A stretch of 63,778 bases of DNA, counting the filler, from Welwitschia mirabilis (Eukaryota): NCBI GenBank assembly GCA_051453625.1. It is 4 parts of one record of this genome, joined end to end, with 100 filler letters (N's around TTAATTAATTAA, not from the genome) between each part and the next. Parts side by side here need not be neighbours in the genome. Positions count along the whole stretch, not along the records: positions 1 to 28,810 come from JBOZIK010000001.1; 3 more parts are not named here. One strand, written 5' to 3'. A program made the translations under genes and the position numbers. The notes under the pieces were generated by a model, which searched no databases, was not told the DNA's origin, and saw only the letters and a program-made list of their open reading frames with translations. Shown here one piece after another: positions 13,873 to 27,199 of the stretch. Every line of letters starts with the position of its first letter. Within the stretch, counting starts at the first letter, position 1.

Positions 13873-15553
13873 TCAAATAAAGGTTTCTGCTTCACCGCAT
13901 CCTTTAATCTTGGAATTTTCTTTTGCTACCTCCATTCTTAATCATATCTCCAGCCCCTTCCTTGAATGTTTTAAGATACAAAACATTCAATTTCATATTG
14001 CTATAAATGTCCTCAGTCAAGCATTGGATTAAAATGAGACTATCTCCCCTACACATCACTATCATCAACATTGTTTACATCATTAATGAGGCTTTCACCT
14101 AGGATCTTTCACTACCATTACCTCGAAAATAATCATTGTCTTCGATCTTCATCTTGTAAGTGCTACTAATAAAATATAAAACCAAACTAATTTCCATTGT
14201 AAGAAAATACAAGTCTTTAGATCTGATCTAGCCAAAGATGCTGCTCATGAAATGACAGGCAAAATCAATCTAGAGAGATTATCTAATAAATAGAGAACTT
14301 CTCTAGTTATACTCTTTAAATTTCTTTTTTATTGCATCTCTTAATCTGTTATCATTTATGCTCTTTCTTATTTCAGTAGATTAATAGATTTTTCAAAAAT
14401 TGGAAGCATATATTATTGTTTCCATTACATTACCTTTTCATTCTCTAAAGTGTATCTGGTAGTTTATTAATATAGCTTTACCCAGCCCTCAAAGTCCTTG
14501 GTTTAATAGATAGTGTAGATCTGGTGTAGATAAATACATATATCTTTGTTTTAACTCTAAGAAAAGATTTAGTGCTTAAATTTATAGATGCAATTAAAAT
14601 AAAGGAAAAATAAAAACACAAGAAGGAAAACAAAGAAATCTAAAATGGCAAAAAAAAATTAAAGGGAGATCTAATCTGTAACTTCTCAAATCCTTAGGGT
14701 GCATGGTTTGTGATTGCCCTATAAGATAAAGCATCAACTCCTAGATGAGAACAAACAGTAAGCAGATTTATAATCTCACCTTAGCAATCTAGGGAGTAAC
14801 ATCTCTAAAAGGCTCTTTAGCAATGCTTTGTACTATCTTTGCATAAGGACTTTTAATAAAGGAGGAAAAGTAAAGGGAAATCTAAACCAGCATTAGTTAT
14901 GCTTTTTTCAAATCCTAGATCTATAAGAATTCATTTATACCTAGTCTTTGACAACATTAAAGGAGCCATTAAACCTCCACTATAAGCTGAATCATCATCG
15001 TCGCTACCATCTAAGGATTGGACTAGAGCCAATAATGTCTACATCTAAAGCCATTTGCAAATAAGCACAACTATACCTAAAACTACCAATTTGCATTTCA
15101 AATAAATACAATGCCTTAAATTTAACATTATAGATTATTAGTTTCATTAGCAAATATGAGAGTCAGACATAAAGGATTATGGAATACTGAGAGTAGCTAG
15201 ACCACAAGAAATAGAGGCTATAGCTAATTGTACACTCATGACCATTCTTCGATCAGTATTCTCATATCAATCTCTTCAGTATTTCATTTCTTTATTATTA
15301 TTTCTTCCTTCAATACACATAGGCTATTGTATTTACTTGAATCATACTAATATGCCCCAATACAAAGTGTCTAGAAATTAAATTATTCTCTTTGTTTGTT
15401 ATTACCTTTTATTTTTGTAATTATTGATTCTATTATTTGCTTTCATTGTAAAAAGGGAAGAAAATAATAAAGTTATTACTTGGAGGGGTTAGGCTAAGAG
15501 TGTAGTGTATGGTATGTTTCTTATTTTTCTTTGTAATAACATTTAAACTAAAA

Positions 15554-16378
15554 ATGGGTAAATTTGCCAACTCTGACAAGCGAAGAAGAAGACATAAAAA
15601 AGAAAATATAAAAATTTATTGGCAAAAACTTTCATGCTTGAAAAGTTAAAATATAATTATTATTGATTAACAAAGGTATATGGAATGTCCCAAGTGGAAG
15701 GTATCCTAACCCAAAGATGCTTCTAAAATTGATGAGTGAAAAGATGCAAATTAAGAAGCTCTTTCACTCATTGGTATTAGCTCAGAAAATGATTATATTC
15801 ATCATGTTGATTTATTTAAGTCTTCCAATGAGGTTTGAAATTATTTTACTACTCTCTTTTGTTTAAGCAGTAATGAAGCAAAAAAAAGCCTTAAGCATCA
15901 ATTATATAGCTTAAAATTAGAAGAAAATTTTGATATGAATCAACATATCAACTATTTCAAATTCCTATTAACATAGCTTACAATGGTAAATGCAAAGATT
16001 GATGATGATGATGCCAAAGCAATTTTGTTAACTAGTCTTCCTACATAATACAAGTATATTGTATTCACTTTGAATAAAATCTCATGAACTCTTGAAAGTA
16101 CAATTTCTATGCTACTTGATGGGGTAAGGAACATGAATCAAGATGAGGATAAAAGCAATGCTTTAGTTTCTAACAGAAATTAAAAGCAAAATTTTAAAGA
16201 AGGAACATGCCTCTATTGTTAAAAGAAAGGACATGCAGTTATAAATTACTATTAAAGGGCTAGGGATCTTCTTAATGAAAAAATTAAAAAAAAACACACA
16301 AGCTCTTCTTGTAGAAGAATCCATTGAAGAAAATAACAAATATTCAATTCTATTGAAGAAGTTATTGGTGGATTCTAA
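15554..16378 (+). pseudogene. Copia-type gag, disrupted
   Basis: ATG at 15554. Translation includes KFIGKNFHA*KVKI*LLLINKGIWNVPSG, ATMVNAKIDDDDAKAILLTSLPT-like UBN2 region, and a decayed CCHC knuckle TCLYC*KKGHAVINY at ~16202-16250. Confidence 0.85.
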
Positions 16379-16490
16379 TATGTGTCCTAATACTCTCTAG
16401 ATTATTATTCCTAGTTATGTGTCCTAGCACTTTTCAGGTTAGTGTTCCCAGTTATGTGTCCTAGCACTTTTCATATTATTATTCCAAGTA
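16378..16490 (+). repeat. ~34-bp tandem repeat, ~3 copies, between gag and the 3' LTR
   Basis: TATGTGTCCTAGCACTTTTCA...TTATTATTCC units. Confidence 0.8.
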
Positions 16491-16619
16491 ATATTCTAGT
16501 TTATTCCCAGATATCTAAAGGTTGTATTCCAAGCTTCTTTTAAAACAGTTTTTATTTTCAATGTAGACATGTTTATGTGTGATGTAAAGTCTTAAAAGAC
16601 TTCACATCATGAAGGGATT

Positions 16620-16861
16620 TGTGAAGAATACTTTTGAATAAGTATCAATGGGAATGCCCATGACACCATTCTTAATTCAATTTATTCTTGCTTTTTATAC
16701 TAAAGGATTGGATTTGTTTTGTCAAGGAATTGATCAAATCCTCTATTATTAGTTTTTATTGAATTATATAATGGCTTTAATGTATTGAAAAACATGATTC
16801 TTTTTTGAAATTCATCCTTGGCCCCACTTGTTGTTGTAAAAATTGAAGATCTCTAACTTTA
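16620..16861 (+). repeat. 3' LTR (242 bp)
   Basis: Direct repeat of 13618-13858, followed by the TSD AAGTT. Confidence 0.92.
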
Positions 16862-19800
16862 AAGTTTAGTTGTATTATAATGAACAACTATCAAAGAAGA
16901 TTTGGTTGATTTTCATTCAAGAAATAAAGGTGAGAAAAACATATTTATTTTAAGAGTAGAGTAAGATTATTGTTCTACTTTTATTTATAATAATTTACAA
17001 GTATTTCTATTATGTTTCTTGATCACATACTACACATTCCAATCCCACTTATTATTAAAATAAATTCTTCTTATTTTTCTTTTCTTATCTACTTTTATGT
17101 ATAAATAAAGAATACTACATGGAATATTTCTTTAAAAAAGAGAAACTTTTTATTGAATAATGTTGTTATAACTAGGAATTGGATTCCTTCTTATTTTTAA
17201 CCTTCATTTTCCTTCATTAGAAGTACTGATGGGTCTCAATGATTTAAGGGTTCTCCCTCATTTAGAAAAGAATCTTATAATTGATTTAATAAATTTCAAT
17301 CTTAATTCATAAAGAAATATGAATAAGAAACAAATTCCTTATAGAAATATTTTTATCCAAGTAAAAATAAAATAATAGGCTTAACAATAATGTGGAAAGA
17401 TCACTAGGATACATCACATAGATCTATGACAAAGAACAACATTGTAATCATATACCATCATGTATACCAGTTCTCAACTTGATAATTATGAGGAGAACAT
17501 TAAAACGACTTAAAAGAATAGTGACAATCTTTTTTTTAATAATGATGGTGAAATGATAGAATTAGATGATAAATATCCAACATTTCACCCTCTAAGAAAT
17601 ATCTAATATGAGAAAAATTATGTTTTAGCTCATCAATTGAATAAGAATGATGAGGATGATGATGTATTACATGATGATACAAAGATATTATATTATTTTT
17701 CAATATATAGTCTCTTTTGAAATATCACTGTAATATGGAAATATTAACTTTATCTAAAAANNNNNNNNNNTTTATGAGATTTTTAATATATAACAATTCA
17801 TAGAATGATTCTCTTTAATAAAACAATGATGAAATTAATGAAGAAAAAGAGGATAAGGAAGAATCCATGGAGATTAGGAGAAAAACATTCAATAAAGAAT
17901 AAACTTGTCACATCTAATAAAATAATCAAACTTTAAGTCTCTAATCATATCAAGAATGTTTTTGAATTTCTTTTACTTGTACTTGCATGTAAGTCTTAAA
18001 ATAACATCCTATTTTCTACACCCAGTTCCATATTACCTGTGATTTTAATAATCTTTACACTTTTGAAAAGCATGTTTTGAAATTTCTTTGAATTTTAAAT
18101 TGAAAAATATATTATCTCCTTAATGAAAGTTCATGCCTTGAGTTGAATATTAAGGAACCTATTAGTTATATCAAACATTTCCTAATCAATCATTATAATA
18201 ATATTTTTGATATTTATTGGATTCATCCTTTCTTATTGAGTAGTACCATTGAAGTTTAATTTACTAATTATCATTTATAACATTATTCATTAAATGTAAA
18301 TTATGCTTATAACACTTATACTAATTCAATAAGAATTGTTTTACATTCAAATATATCAATTATTTATCTCTTATTTAGCTACTGAAATTTGTGGAGTTAA
18401 GGTATTATTATCATATTTCATTCATTACCAATTGATTCTCTTTAAAAATATTCATATACCTTTCATGTTATATTACTTATTCTCTAGATTATTTGGTTCT
18501 TATTTTACTTAAAAAGTAGACCCTTATCTTGTAAATGAAGTGCATATTAATCACTCAGTTAAGATTAATGAAGTAGAATTAATGAAATACTAGAGGTAAC
18601 AGAGAACCATTAAAACTTTATAAACAACTTTATTATTATCATTAAATCATGAATGTAATAGAAGTAATTGATTTAGAAGGTCCTCTTAACAAAATATAAT
18701 GTCTTCCCTTCTCATCATCTAAATGATTTCTTAGCTAGATTTCTTTGTAAATCTATTTTATTATTTAATTATTTCAAGCGGTAATATTGGATTTTAACCA
18801 ATACAAAGAAATTCTAATGTATTTGAACTTCTAATATTTTTAATTATGTTAAATCAAATGCTTTTCTTCATGTATGTACTTTGTTATTTTACCATTTCAA
18901 TGATCAACAAATGTTTCCCCTCCAAAACAAAAGAAAAAAATGGATAGGACAAGAAAACAAAGAAAAATTAATGCATTATATAATTTCATAATGTTCTACC
19001 ATAAGCACATTAAGAAAACCTTTCCTAAAAGGAGCCTTTAGCAATGTCATATGATAGCTATGGGAACTCTATTAGGGAATTAGTAAGCTATGATTTGACT
19101 TAGCCTATGAGTCCTTATCTTCTTGGTAATGGTTGCACTCCCTTCATCATATTAAATGGTATTTTTCAATACTCTCTTTAGCTTGATTTTCAATAACTTT
19201 AAGTAATAATTTTATAAGAATTTTAAACATATTAATCATTAAATGGTAAATTATTAAGGTATAATGTATAATTATAGATATTAGGATTAGATAGAATTAT
19301 ATTTTTAACATTACATTATTGCTTGATAAGATAATCATGAGATGTCACCATAATCACTACCCTTATCACATGATTCTCTATGTTGTTTAGCATTTGAATC
19401 ATGCATCTTTAACATTAAGAAGTTTTGTGAAGTATACTAATGAATCTTGTTAGACTGTTATGTAAGAATAGTGGTTGATCTTTTACATGTTCTTTTTTTT
19501 CCATTTTCATTTAGTCTTTTCATGTGTTTATAATTAGTCTTCTCAAAGTCATTTTCACACTTTCTGTTATTCATTATATGACTAATGCCATTACTAATAA
19601 CTTGTAATTTTTACACTTGACTATCATAACTGTCCATTCATTCTATGATTTTTTTTCACTTTCTACTTCATCTAAGTATGATCCCTTGTTTTTGTTGTTT
19701 ACTTTTCTTTCTATTTTTCTTCTATATTTCTATTTCTACACTTTCTTATAGTTGATCCTTTTTCTTTAATGTATTTTTTTAAATATTATAAATCCTAAGG

Positions 19801-20129
19801 AGATGCAGCAAGATGTCTTACCATACTTTTATGTGCTTTTAACTTGTAATCCACATTTAACACTTCATGGAGGGCTAATTTAAACTAATTTTAAGGGATT
19901 TATTAATTGAATAATTTAGGAATAAGTTGGAATATGTTTTTCATAAACTCAAACCATATTTTTGAACTCAATGATTATTTTTCTATGATGATTTCTTTAA
20001 ATATCATTATGCTTAGAAACTAATGAGATGTACTTTTTTAGTTAATAATTCATTTATTTAAAGTAAACTATTACTTTTATTCTTGACTAAGTTGGCTCCT
20101 TTCTATTCTTTCTTTGTTATATTTCTTTC

Positions 20130-21283
20130 TTAGGGACTAAAAAATGTTCAATAGGGGCTATGATGAGCATCCAATTTGGCCATATTTGATGATGGTTTTG
20201 AGTGTGCTTTTGGGTACTTTTAATAAGTTTAATAATCAGATTGGTCCTTTTTTATGTTAAGTATCAAAGTAAAAAGATAAAGCATAATTTAAATTAAGAA
20301 TCAAAAATTTTATAGGATTTTAAGAGATATTTTAGGAGGTCATTCATAAGTTTAACTAAATAAGGAAATGAGATAAGGACCTACTATCAAATTTCACCTA
20401 CTATCAAATTTTACCTACCACTAGATTCCACCTACTAATAGATTCTAAGAAGCTTATGTGATAATTAAGTAAGGCATGGAAATGATGACGTAATACCTAA
20501 TTCCATCTTCCAGTGGATTTCACTTATTATTCCACATACCATCAAATTCCAAGAAGCCCAAGTGGTAGTAACTAATGAATATTTAGTATTGTCTATTACT
20601 TAAATTGTAATGTAATCATTTTTTATTGATTACCACTTGTAACCACCCATTCAAACCTATATAAAAGCCCTTAGGCATCTTGTTTCTTCATCCTTTCTAG
20701 CATTGAAATCACTTATGATATTAGAGCATTTTAGAGCAATGGATGTATTTACTTGTGAAAGACGTTCTCTTTTGTTTTGGGCTATGTTTGAGAAACTAGT
20801 ATTTGTAAGTGGATGTACTTGAAGTGAAATTGGTAACAAAATTAAGTATTCTTTTCCTTAAATTATCTATCTTTATCTTTCTTATGTTTTATGTTAATGT
20901 CAACTTAATATTATTCTAAATTAAATTTGATTTTGATATAGAGCTTTAAGGCTAACTTGGGTGACAATAGGTTACTAAATTAGTTAATTAATTAAATATA
21001 TAACATTTCATTTTCATTTCATTACATACTCACTTCCATTTCATTCCATTCCATCTTATCATTTGCATTATTGGGTTTCTTCTTTAGTTATTGAAAATAC
21101 TAAAAAACAATAATATGCCTTTGTTGTTAAATGAATTAATCTTTTAATATTTCTTCTTTGATTCACTAGTATATAACGTTTGACTTTCATCCTATACTAT
21201 CATGTATTATGTGCCAAGATTATAGGCTTAATTGATAAGTGAATAAATATTTTATTGATGCATGTCTGAGTGACGAATACCAA
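20130..21283 (+). mobile_element. Athila-like PPT + 3' LTR (5'-truncated element)
   Basis: AGGGACTAAAAAATGTTCAATAGGGGCTA|TGATGAGC junction with the LTR starting at 20161. TATA-like CTATATAAAAG at ~20657; probable end ...GACGAATACCA at ~21283. Confidence 0.65.
20379..20446. repeat. 17-bp tandem repeat x4 within the LTR
   Basis: ACCTACTATCAAATTTC and variants. Confidence 0.8.
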
Positions 21284-22899
21284 GGAAATTTTTATTTCTT
21301 GTGAACTTTTCTTTTAGGTGTTGAAACTGATTATGTGGTATATTATTATTTAATTAGAAAATACAATATTAACCAACTTTTATAGTTCTTAAAGCCATAA
21401 TATCAAAATTATAATTTTGTAGGCATTCATAAAAAGATTAAACAACTACTAGTGGATGATTATTAGTAATTTCGACTAATAGTTTTATACTAAAAGAAAT
21501 TTGGAGATAAGTGTTAGAATTATTTTAAAGACATTATTATTTTTAATTTATTCAAAAAAATGATATGTATGATTTAAATCTTATAAATACCATGAAGGAA
21601 GAAGACTAATAGAATTCTTACTAAAATTAGCAAAGTTTGAATAATAGGAATAATGTTTAAAATTATTTTATGTCTACTAAGGATATTTTTAAAGATAGGA
21701 TTAAATAATAAACCCTTTTTTCCTTAAATATAAAATAAGGACAAAGATTCCTAGCCATAGTAGTTTTATGTTTGATAAATGCTAGTTGAATAGAAAAAGT
21801 CTAAAGAAGATAATTCAAGAGATATGGAGCTACTATGAAGGAATAGATTCTTAATTGTTTTTCCTAAGGATCTTCAATTACTTGAAATTAAAGCTTAAAT
21901 TATGGGGAATGAAAATAGAATTAATTACAAAAGTAAAAGAAAATACATCTAGTCATAACTAGAGGAAATCTAGAGCAAAAAGCAACAAGACCTTTAGATG
22001 TTAATGGAATAGTTTAAACCTAATAGGTCTTCATGACTTTTATAGAGGCAAGGAGTTCTATTAACATTAATAATCTAGAGTTTAGTGGCTAAAGAAATGT
22101 AATCATCACTCGAATTCTTTCTTTCATATTACTTTAAAAAATATGAATAATAATTAAATTAAAATATTAAGAATTCAAATTAAAGAATTAAAACAAGAAA
22201 AAGATATAGTGAAGAATTTTGAAATTTAGTATAAAAAGCTTCAGATTCATTCCAAGGAAAGAATAGAGGATATCAACATGGATAAAACCCTAAATAGACA
22301 TAACAAAATTAGTTAATATTGAATTTTACAATTTAAGAAATTAGTAAATCCAAAAAATATGAAAAATAAGAAAATCCCAAACCAAAATTATTGGCTTTCT
22401 GATTTTTACAAAACATTTACTTCCATTTGCGAGAGAACATTACTAATATGGCTAATGACATGCTATAAAAAGAAAATCCATAAAGAAATAATTTATAAAA
22501 CTATTACATTTATTCATAATAAAAATTAATCCATCTTCAAACATAAAAGTTTCTTCATTAGAGTATATAATATTATATATAAAATTCGCATTGAGAAAAT
22601 TTTTCATTAGTTAGATCCATTTATTCCCTGACTAGTTAATATGATTCAAGAAAATTTTATTATTAAAGTGAGGTATATTTAAGATCAAATAATTCTTAGT
22701 TATGAATTGATTCATATATATAAATTGATAAAATTTTGTATAACATTTATTAAACTAAATATTGTAAAATCCTATGATACTATTAACTAAAAAGGACTAA
22801 AAAGTATTATGTAATAGAAAGGTTTCCTCATGAAGTTTACGGATCTAGTTTGAGAAACTTTAAAAAATGTCTAATTCTCAATTAAGATACATGAAAAAT

Positions 22900-24800
22900 C
22901 ATATGGTATCTTTAATTTTCAATTAAGGATAAAGACAATGGAATCCACTTTTACCCTCATTATTCATTATAAGTATGGATATGATGAGGAATACTTTGAA
23001 AATACATAGAGTCAAATGTATTTCACTTACCAATAAAATATTCTTAAATACCTACTATGAAAATTATGCTAGCTACAAAGGCCATTAAATAGGATCCTAA
23101 GATAATAATTAAGAGGATTAACAAATGTGAAGATCTTAGAAGGCTTGAGATAAACTAGGAAAAATTCAAAATGTAGTTTTTAAACATTGATGTTAATAGA
23201 ATGAATAAATTATTAGTATTATGTAAATTAAAAATTATTAGAATGAAATATTTAACTAAGACTTACTATGAAAAATGAATTTAGAGTCAATACCTAAAAG
23301 ATCATCTAGAGCACATTAAGAGAATATGCATAGACTAGTATAGTATATTCTTATCTTTTCAATATAAAAGCCTATTAGTTAATACCTATATAAGTTTAAT
23401 AGCGAAATACATAATAGCAATTACCTCATTAAAAATGATTTGTTAGCTTATTAATAAAGAATTAAGAAGACAATTAGGAGGGGAAATAAAACTAAATTTT
23501 ACCTTACTAGGTAAGCAAATTATAGGCAACTAAATGATTTAAAGGAGCTAAGTATTATTGAAGATATGAATTTTATTGGGCAACACAAAAACACTAAGAG
23601 GCTACATGATAGAGAAGTTGCTTGGGATAGATTAATGAATAACAAGTATAGTATAAATCAGCAAGAAATATCTATCTTATGGAAAAACATTATTAAGATG
23701 TGTCTCATCCTTAGTTTCTAATGTTTAAGGCAATATTAAACCAACAAAGACGTTTTAGCTAAAAATATAGTAAAGATGATATGGTGACATAGTTATGGAA
23801 TGGGGTCACTCCTAAGAAAATATAAATATTTATTTAAATAATAGATGATAACATAATTATGATAGATTATAAGGTCTATAATTAAGGAATTTTATTTCCT
23901 CAAGCCTAAGTATAGTATGCTCATGATAATGAATCCATCTCCCATTTCATTAATAATTATGATTATATGGCTTTGTTGATATTGCTAGCTACACCCTAGA
24001 ATAAATTTGTTATAAACTTTTTAACCTTGAGTATTTATATTTTTTAATTAGTAGTATAAAAAAAGTATGAATTTTTAGCAAGTTTACTTTACTCCAGCGT
24101 AGGTAGCTAAAAAGCTATAGAGACAATGGACAAAAGTAGTAGTTGTAAATATAAGGAAGCACTTAACATCTGAATCAAACTCCACCTTTAAATATCAAAA
24201 ATGATATGAATTATAGGATTTAGTTATGTAAAATGAATGGGACATAATGTCAAAAAATTGGTAAGACATCTCCATTTAAACAATACCAATTTTTGTAGAT
24301 AATGGAGGATGAAATTATGGCATTTTAAAAAACTTATATTATTATTACTAGGAAGGCAGTTATGGAATCCTTAGAATTTTTAAACAAGGATGAAATCCTA
24401 ATACCTAAATAAAAATAAAAATGGACATTTAATGCTTCTATGATGGAGAATATGTTAAGATGAAGAATGGGTAGTTATCTAAAGGCACTCTCCCTTAACT
24501 TTGGTGAATGGGAATAAGATTAATTGACAAATACTTTATTTAGTTTGGTAACCATAAAAAACTTAAATTTTTGCATTCTTTTTTACTAGATTCCTTTAAG
24601 ATAGGATTATGATTAATATTTTTCATTTCCTCCTCAAATTACTAAAGAAGAAAGATCATACTAAGAATTTAGACCTTGTAATAGTCTAAGTAAAGAAGGC
24701 CCAAGGTATTAAAAAAGAGATACCTTTGAAGGGATTATTGAGAAATGTAAAAATGGTAGGTAAGAGGAAAAGAGGGAAAAGGTAGTAAGATAAAATAAAA
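22900..24800 (+). pseudogene. Possible highly decayed Mutator-like (MULE) transposase
   Basis: Only faint motifs in the expected order: ASYKGH*IGS*DNN (cf. KYKG.LL.AVG.D.NN), EHIKRICI (cf. EHRFCVRH), and a PPQITK..KKR basic tail. No open frame. Confidence 0.25.
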
Positions 24801-25557
24801 AAAACTTTACTTTAAGAAGCAACCACAAACATGCTTCCATCCTCAATGGTGGAGAAAACCCCTTTTTCTAGGAAGGATAATGAAGATGTTAACACTTCTC
24901 TAAGAAGTGAGGAAATTCCTTTGGGCATGCATGTAAAGGAATAGTCATAGAAGAATTAAATAATTTAAGTCATACCTTTATTTCTTTGTCTTCTCTAGTG
25001 GGCTTTTCTTCTTAGTCTCATAGAAAAATCTCCTCTTCTCTAGTATTGAAAATTGACTCTTCTTCTTAGTGTGAAAAATAGATTCTTAATAGAGAAGAAA
25101 TCCTTGTGGATTCTACAAAATATTCCATCAATGTCCTCTTCTAGTGCTCTTTCAAGATCTTTAATCTTTTACATTATGTTCTAAGAAGAATGTCATTTAC
25201 AAATATTTCCTTTTATCTTTCTATCTTTACCTTGACCATCAAATTTAAGGTTCTAGATATTGAATAGATGCAAGAGCTCAACACTGCATTAAAGATTCTC
25301 AAACATCTAGTTATGCATGTGCTACTGCACTTCAAATACATGAAGAAATTCCCTGACCTCTCTGTGAGAAACAATCACCTAAACATAGAGTGTAGACTAT
25401 TGTTTAATATTTTCAAGAATTTCATTTAGATGGATATTATTTTTCAAATGTTAGTTTTATTATCTGATAAGGTTTTTGGGAATTGACATTGATTCCTTAC
25501 CCAATTTTACTTCTAGAGGAGCATCCATCTTCCATCTTTGCTATGAGCTAATGTTAG

Positions 25558-26907
25558 TGATAATTACAGATCAACCCTAAAGGGGGGTGAATAGGTCTGA
25601 GCACTAAAATTCTTCCTCTTCAAAACCTATAAATAAAAATCAATTATACCAACACAAGTATAAGATATTTTAATGGTGGATAGACATCACCGTTCAACAC
25701 CTTAAAACTCATGTCCCTAGCTGGAATATATTAACCTCAATGACTAGTTTTTAGGCTTATCATAAACCTATTTCATCATTAGAGGATTTTTGAGCTAATT
25801 CACAACGATAATAGAAAGAAAGTAAGCTAAGTGCACAAATGCACAGATATGCTTCCAAGCAGTGCAGCAAGCTCCCCCAATGGATTGTGTAATAAGGAAT
25901 TCAAATAGAAATCTAAACTCATAGTTTGTTTAAGTACAAAATGGATTGATGTAATAGTTTTTTTTCTCATTTTTTTTTATGTGAAAAAGGTAAGCCCTTC
26001 CATTTGAGTAAAAGAATGCTTAAATAGAGAAATGATACAAGGTAACCATTGAGAGAAGGAAATTGAATCATTGTATAACATTTCACTCTTTTTAGATGAA
26101 CTGTTAACAACATAATAGTTATATTTATAATACATCAAGTCAACTGCAAAATAATCTTGGTTGTCCTAGTATTCAGTCGTACTTCTTTATTTACTCCAGT
26201 TGGCCTTGTTTGATTCAGATCTATCATAGATTTAAATAGTAACATTAGGTCACCCTAAGTTTGTTTGTTCAATCACCCTTATTTAACATAGTTTTCTTAG
26301 TCTTAAGTATATGAACTTTCGGTCTCCCTTATATAAATATCTGGTTGACCTTAAATAGGTCACCCTTAATTGATAAACTAGTCAACTTTGTATAGGTAGA
26401 TTCTGGGCATTATGCGGTCGCCTTGAATAATTGTTTGGTTGCCCTTACTATCAGGAGACTAAACTTTATAGATTGTATTTTAGTCACCCTTAACTTTTAT
26501 GAGTGGTTGCTCAAGTTTATCTTAGTCTATTATAGAATTCAAACTGGGTTGACTTAGGCATTATGCACGGTCGCTTGTGTTGGAACCGGTCTTCTTTTTG
26601 ATTTAATATTCTGGTTTCCCTTTAATTTAAGGTCGATTGCCCAAACCTGAAGTAGTTTATAGTGCTTAATAGTTTGATTGCCCTACAGTTTACTATTGAT
26701 CACCTGAACTTAAATTAATTTATAGTAGTTAATAATCCAGTCATCTTGTAGTTTAATGTTGGTCACCCAAACTTTAATCAGTTTACAGTACTTAACAGTT
26801 TGGTTGCCCGAATATGTATAGCAGTTGTCTGATTCTAAAAAAACTTTGCATAATGACTAACTGCAAAAAAACTCATTAATTTAATTAATGATAATAGGTT
26901 TTCAACA
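25558..26907 (-). repeat. 3' LTR of the SIRE element (~1350 bp)
   Basis: Colinear direct repeat of 32019-33369. Confidence 0.93.
26627..26812. repeat. ~62-bp tandem repeat x3 inside the SIRE LTR (also at ~33088-33272)
   Basis: TTTA..GT(C/T)G(G/A)TCACCCAAAC.T.AAGTAGTTTATAGTACTTAATAGT units. Confidence 0.75.
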
Positions 26908-27199
26908 AACTTCCCATTTACTATTGATTGATGAAAACTTTAATTAGACACATGGAACTCCCCCTTAATCTAATAAATTTGTAATCAAATTAAATTTATA
27001 TGAGTTTTACAGGAAAGAAAAATTAGTGAAGATTAGAGAAATTTTCATAAAGATAAAAGACTGTTATATTAATTAAAAGAGTTGAATAACAAAATAAAAA
27101 GTGCATTTTTCCTTAACACTGATATAGGACAAAATAAATACAATGTGTTCTCCCTTCTTTTTGACGAAATCAAGGAGAGGAAAGACAAGGAAAATCAGA

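Larger units (their letters stand above)
13618..16861 (+). mobile_element. Non-autonomous gag-only Copia-derived LTR retrotransposon (TR-GAG-like), structurally complete
   Basis: 5' LTR 13618-13858 (TG..CA) and 3' LTR 16620-16861 (TG..TA). PBS TGGTATTAGAGC at 13861-13872, PPT-like ATGAAGGGATT before the 3' LTR, TSD AAGTT at 13613-13617 and 16862-16866. No gaps inside and no pol motifs seen. Confidence 0.92.

Noticed and set aside
20156..21290. Solo LTR interpretation
   Set aside because: No matching TSD (GGCTA vs AGGAA), and a PPT directly precedes it, so it is a 3' LTR of a truncated element.
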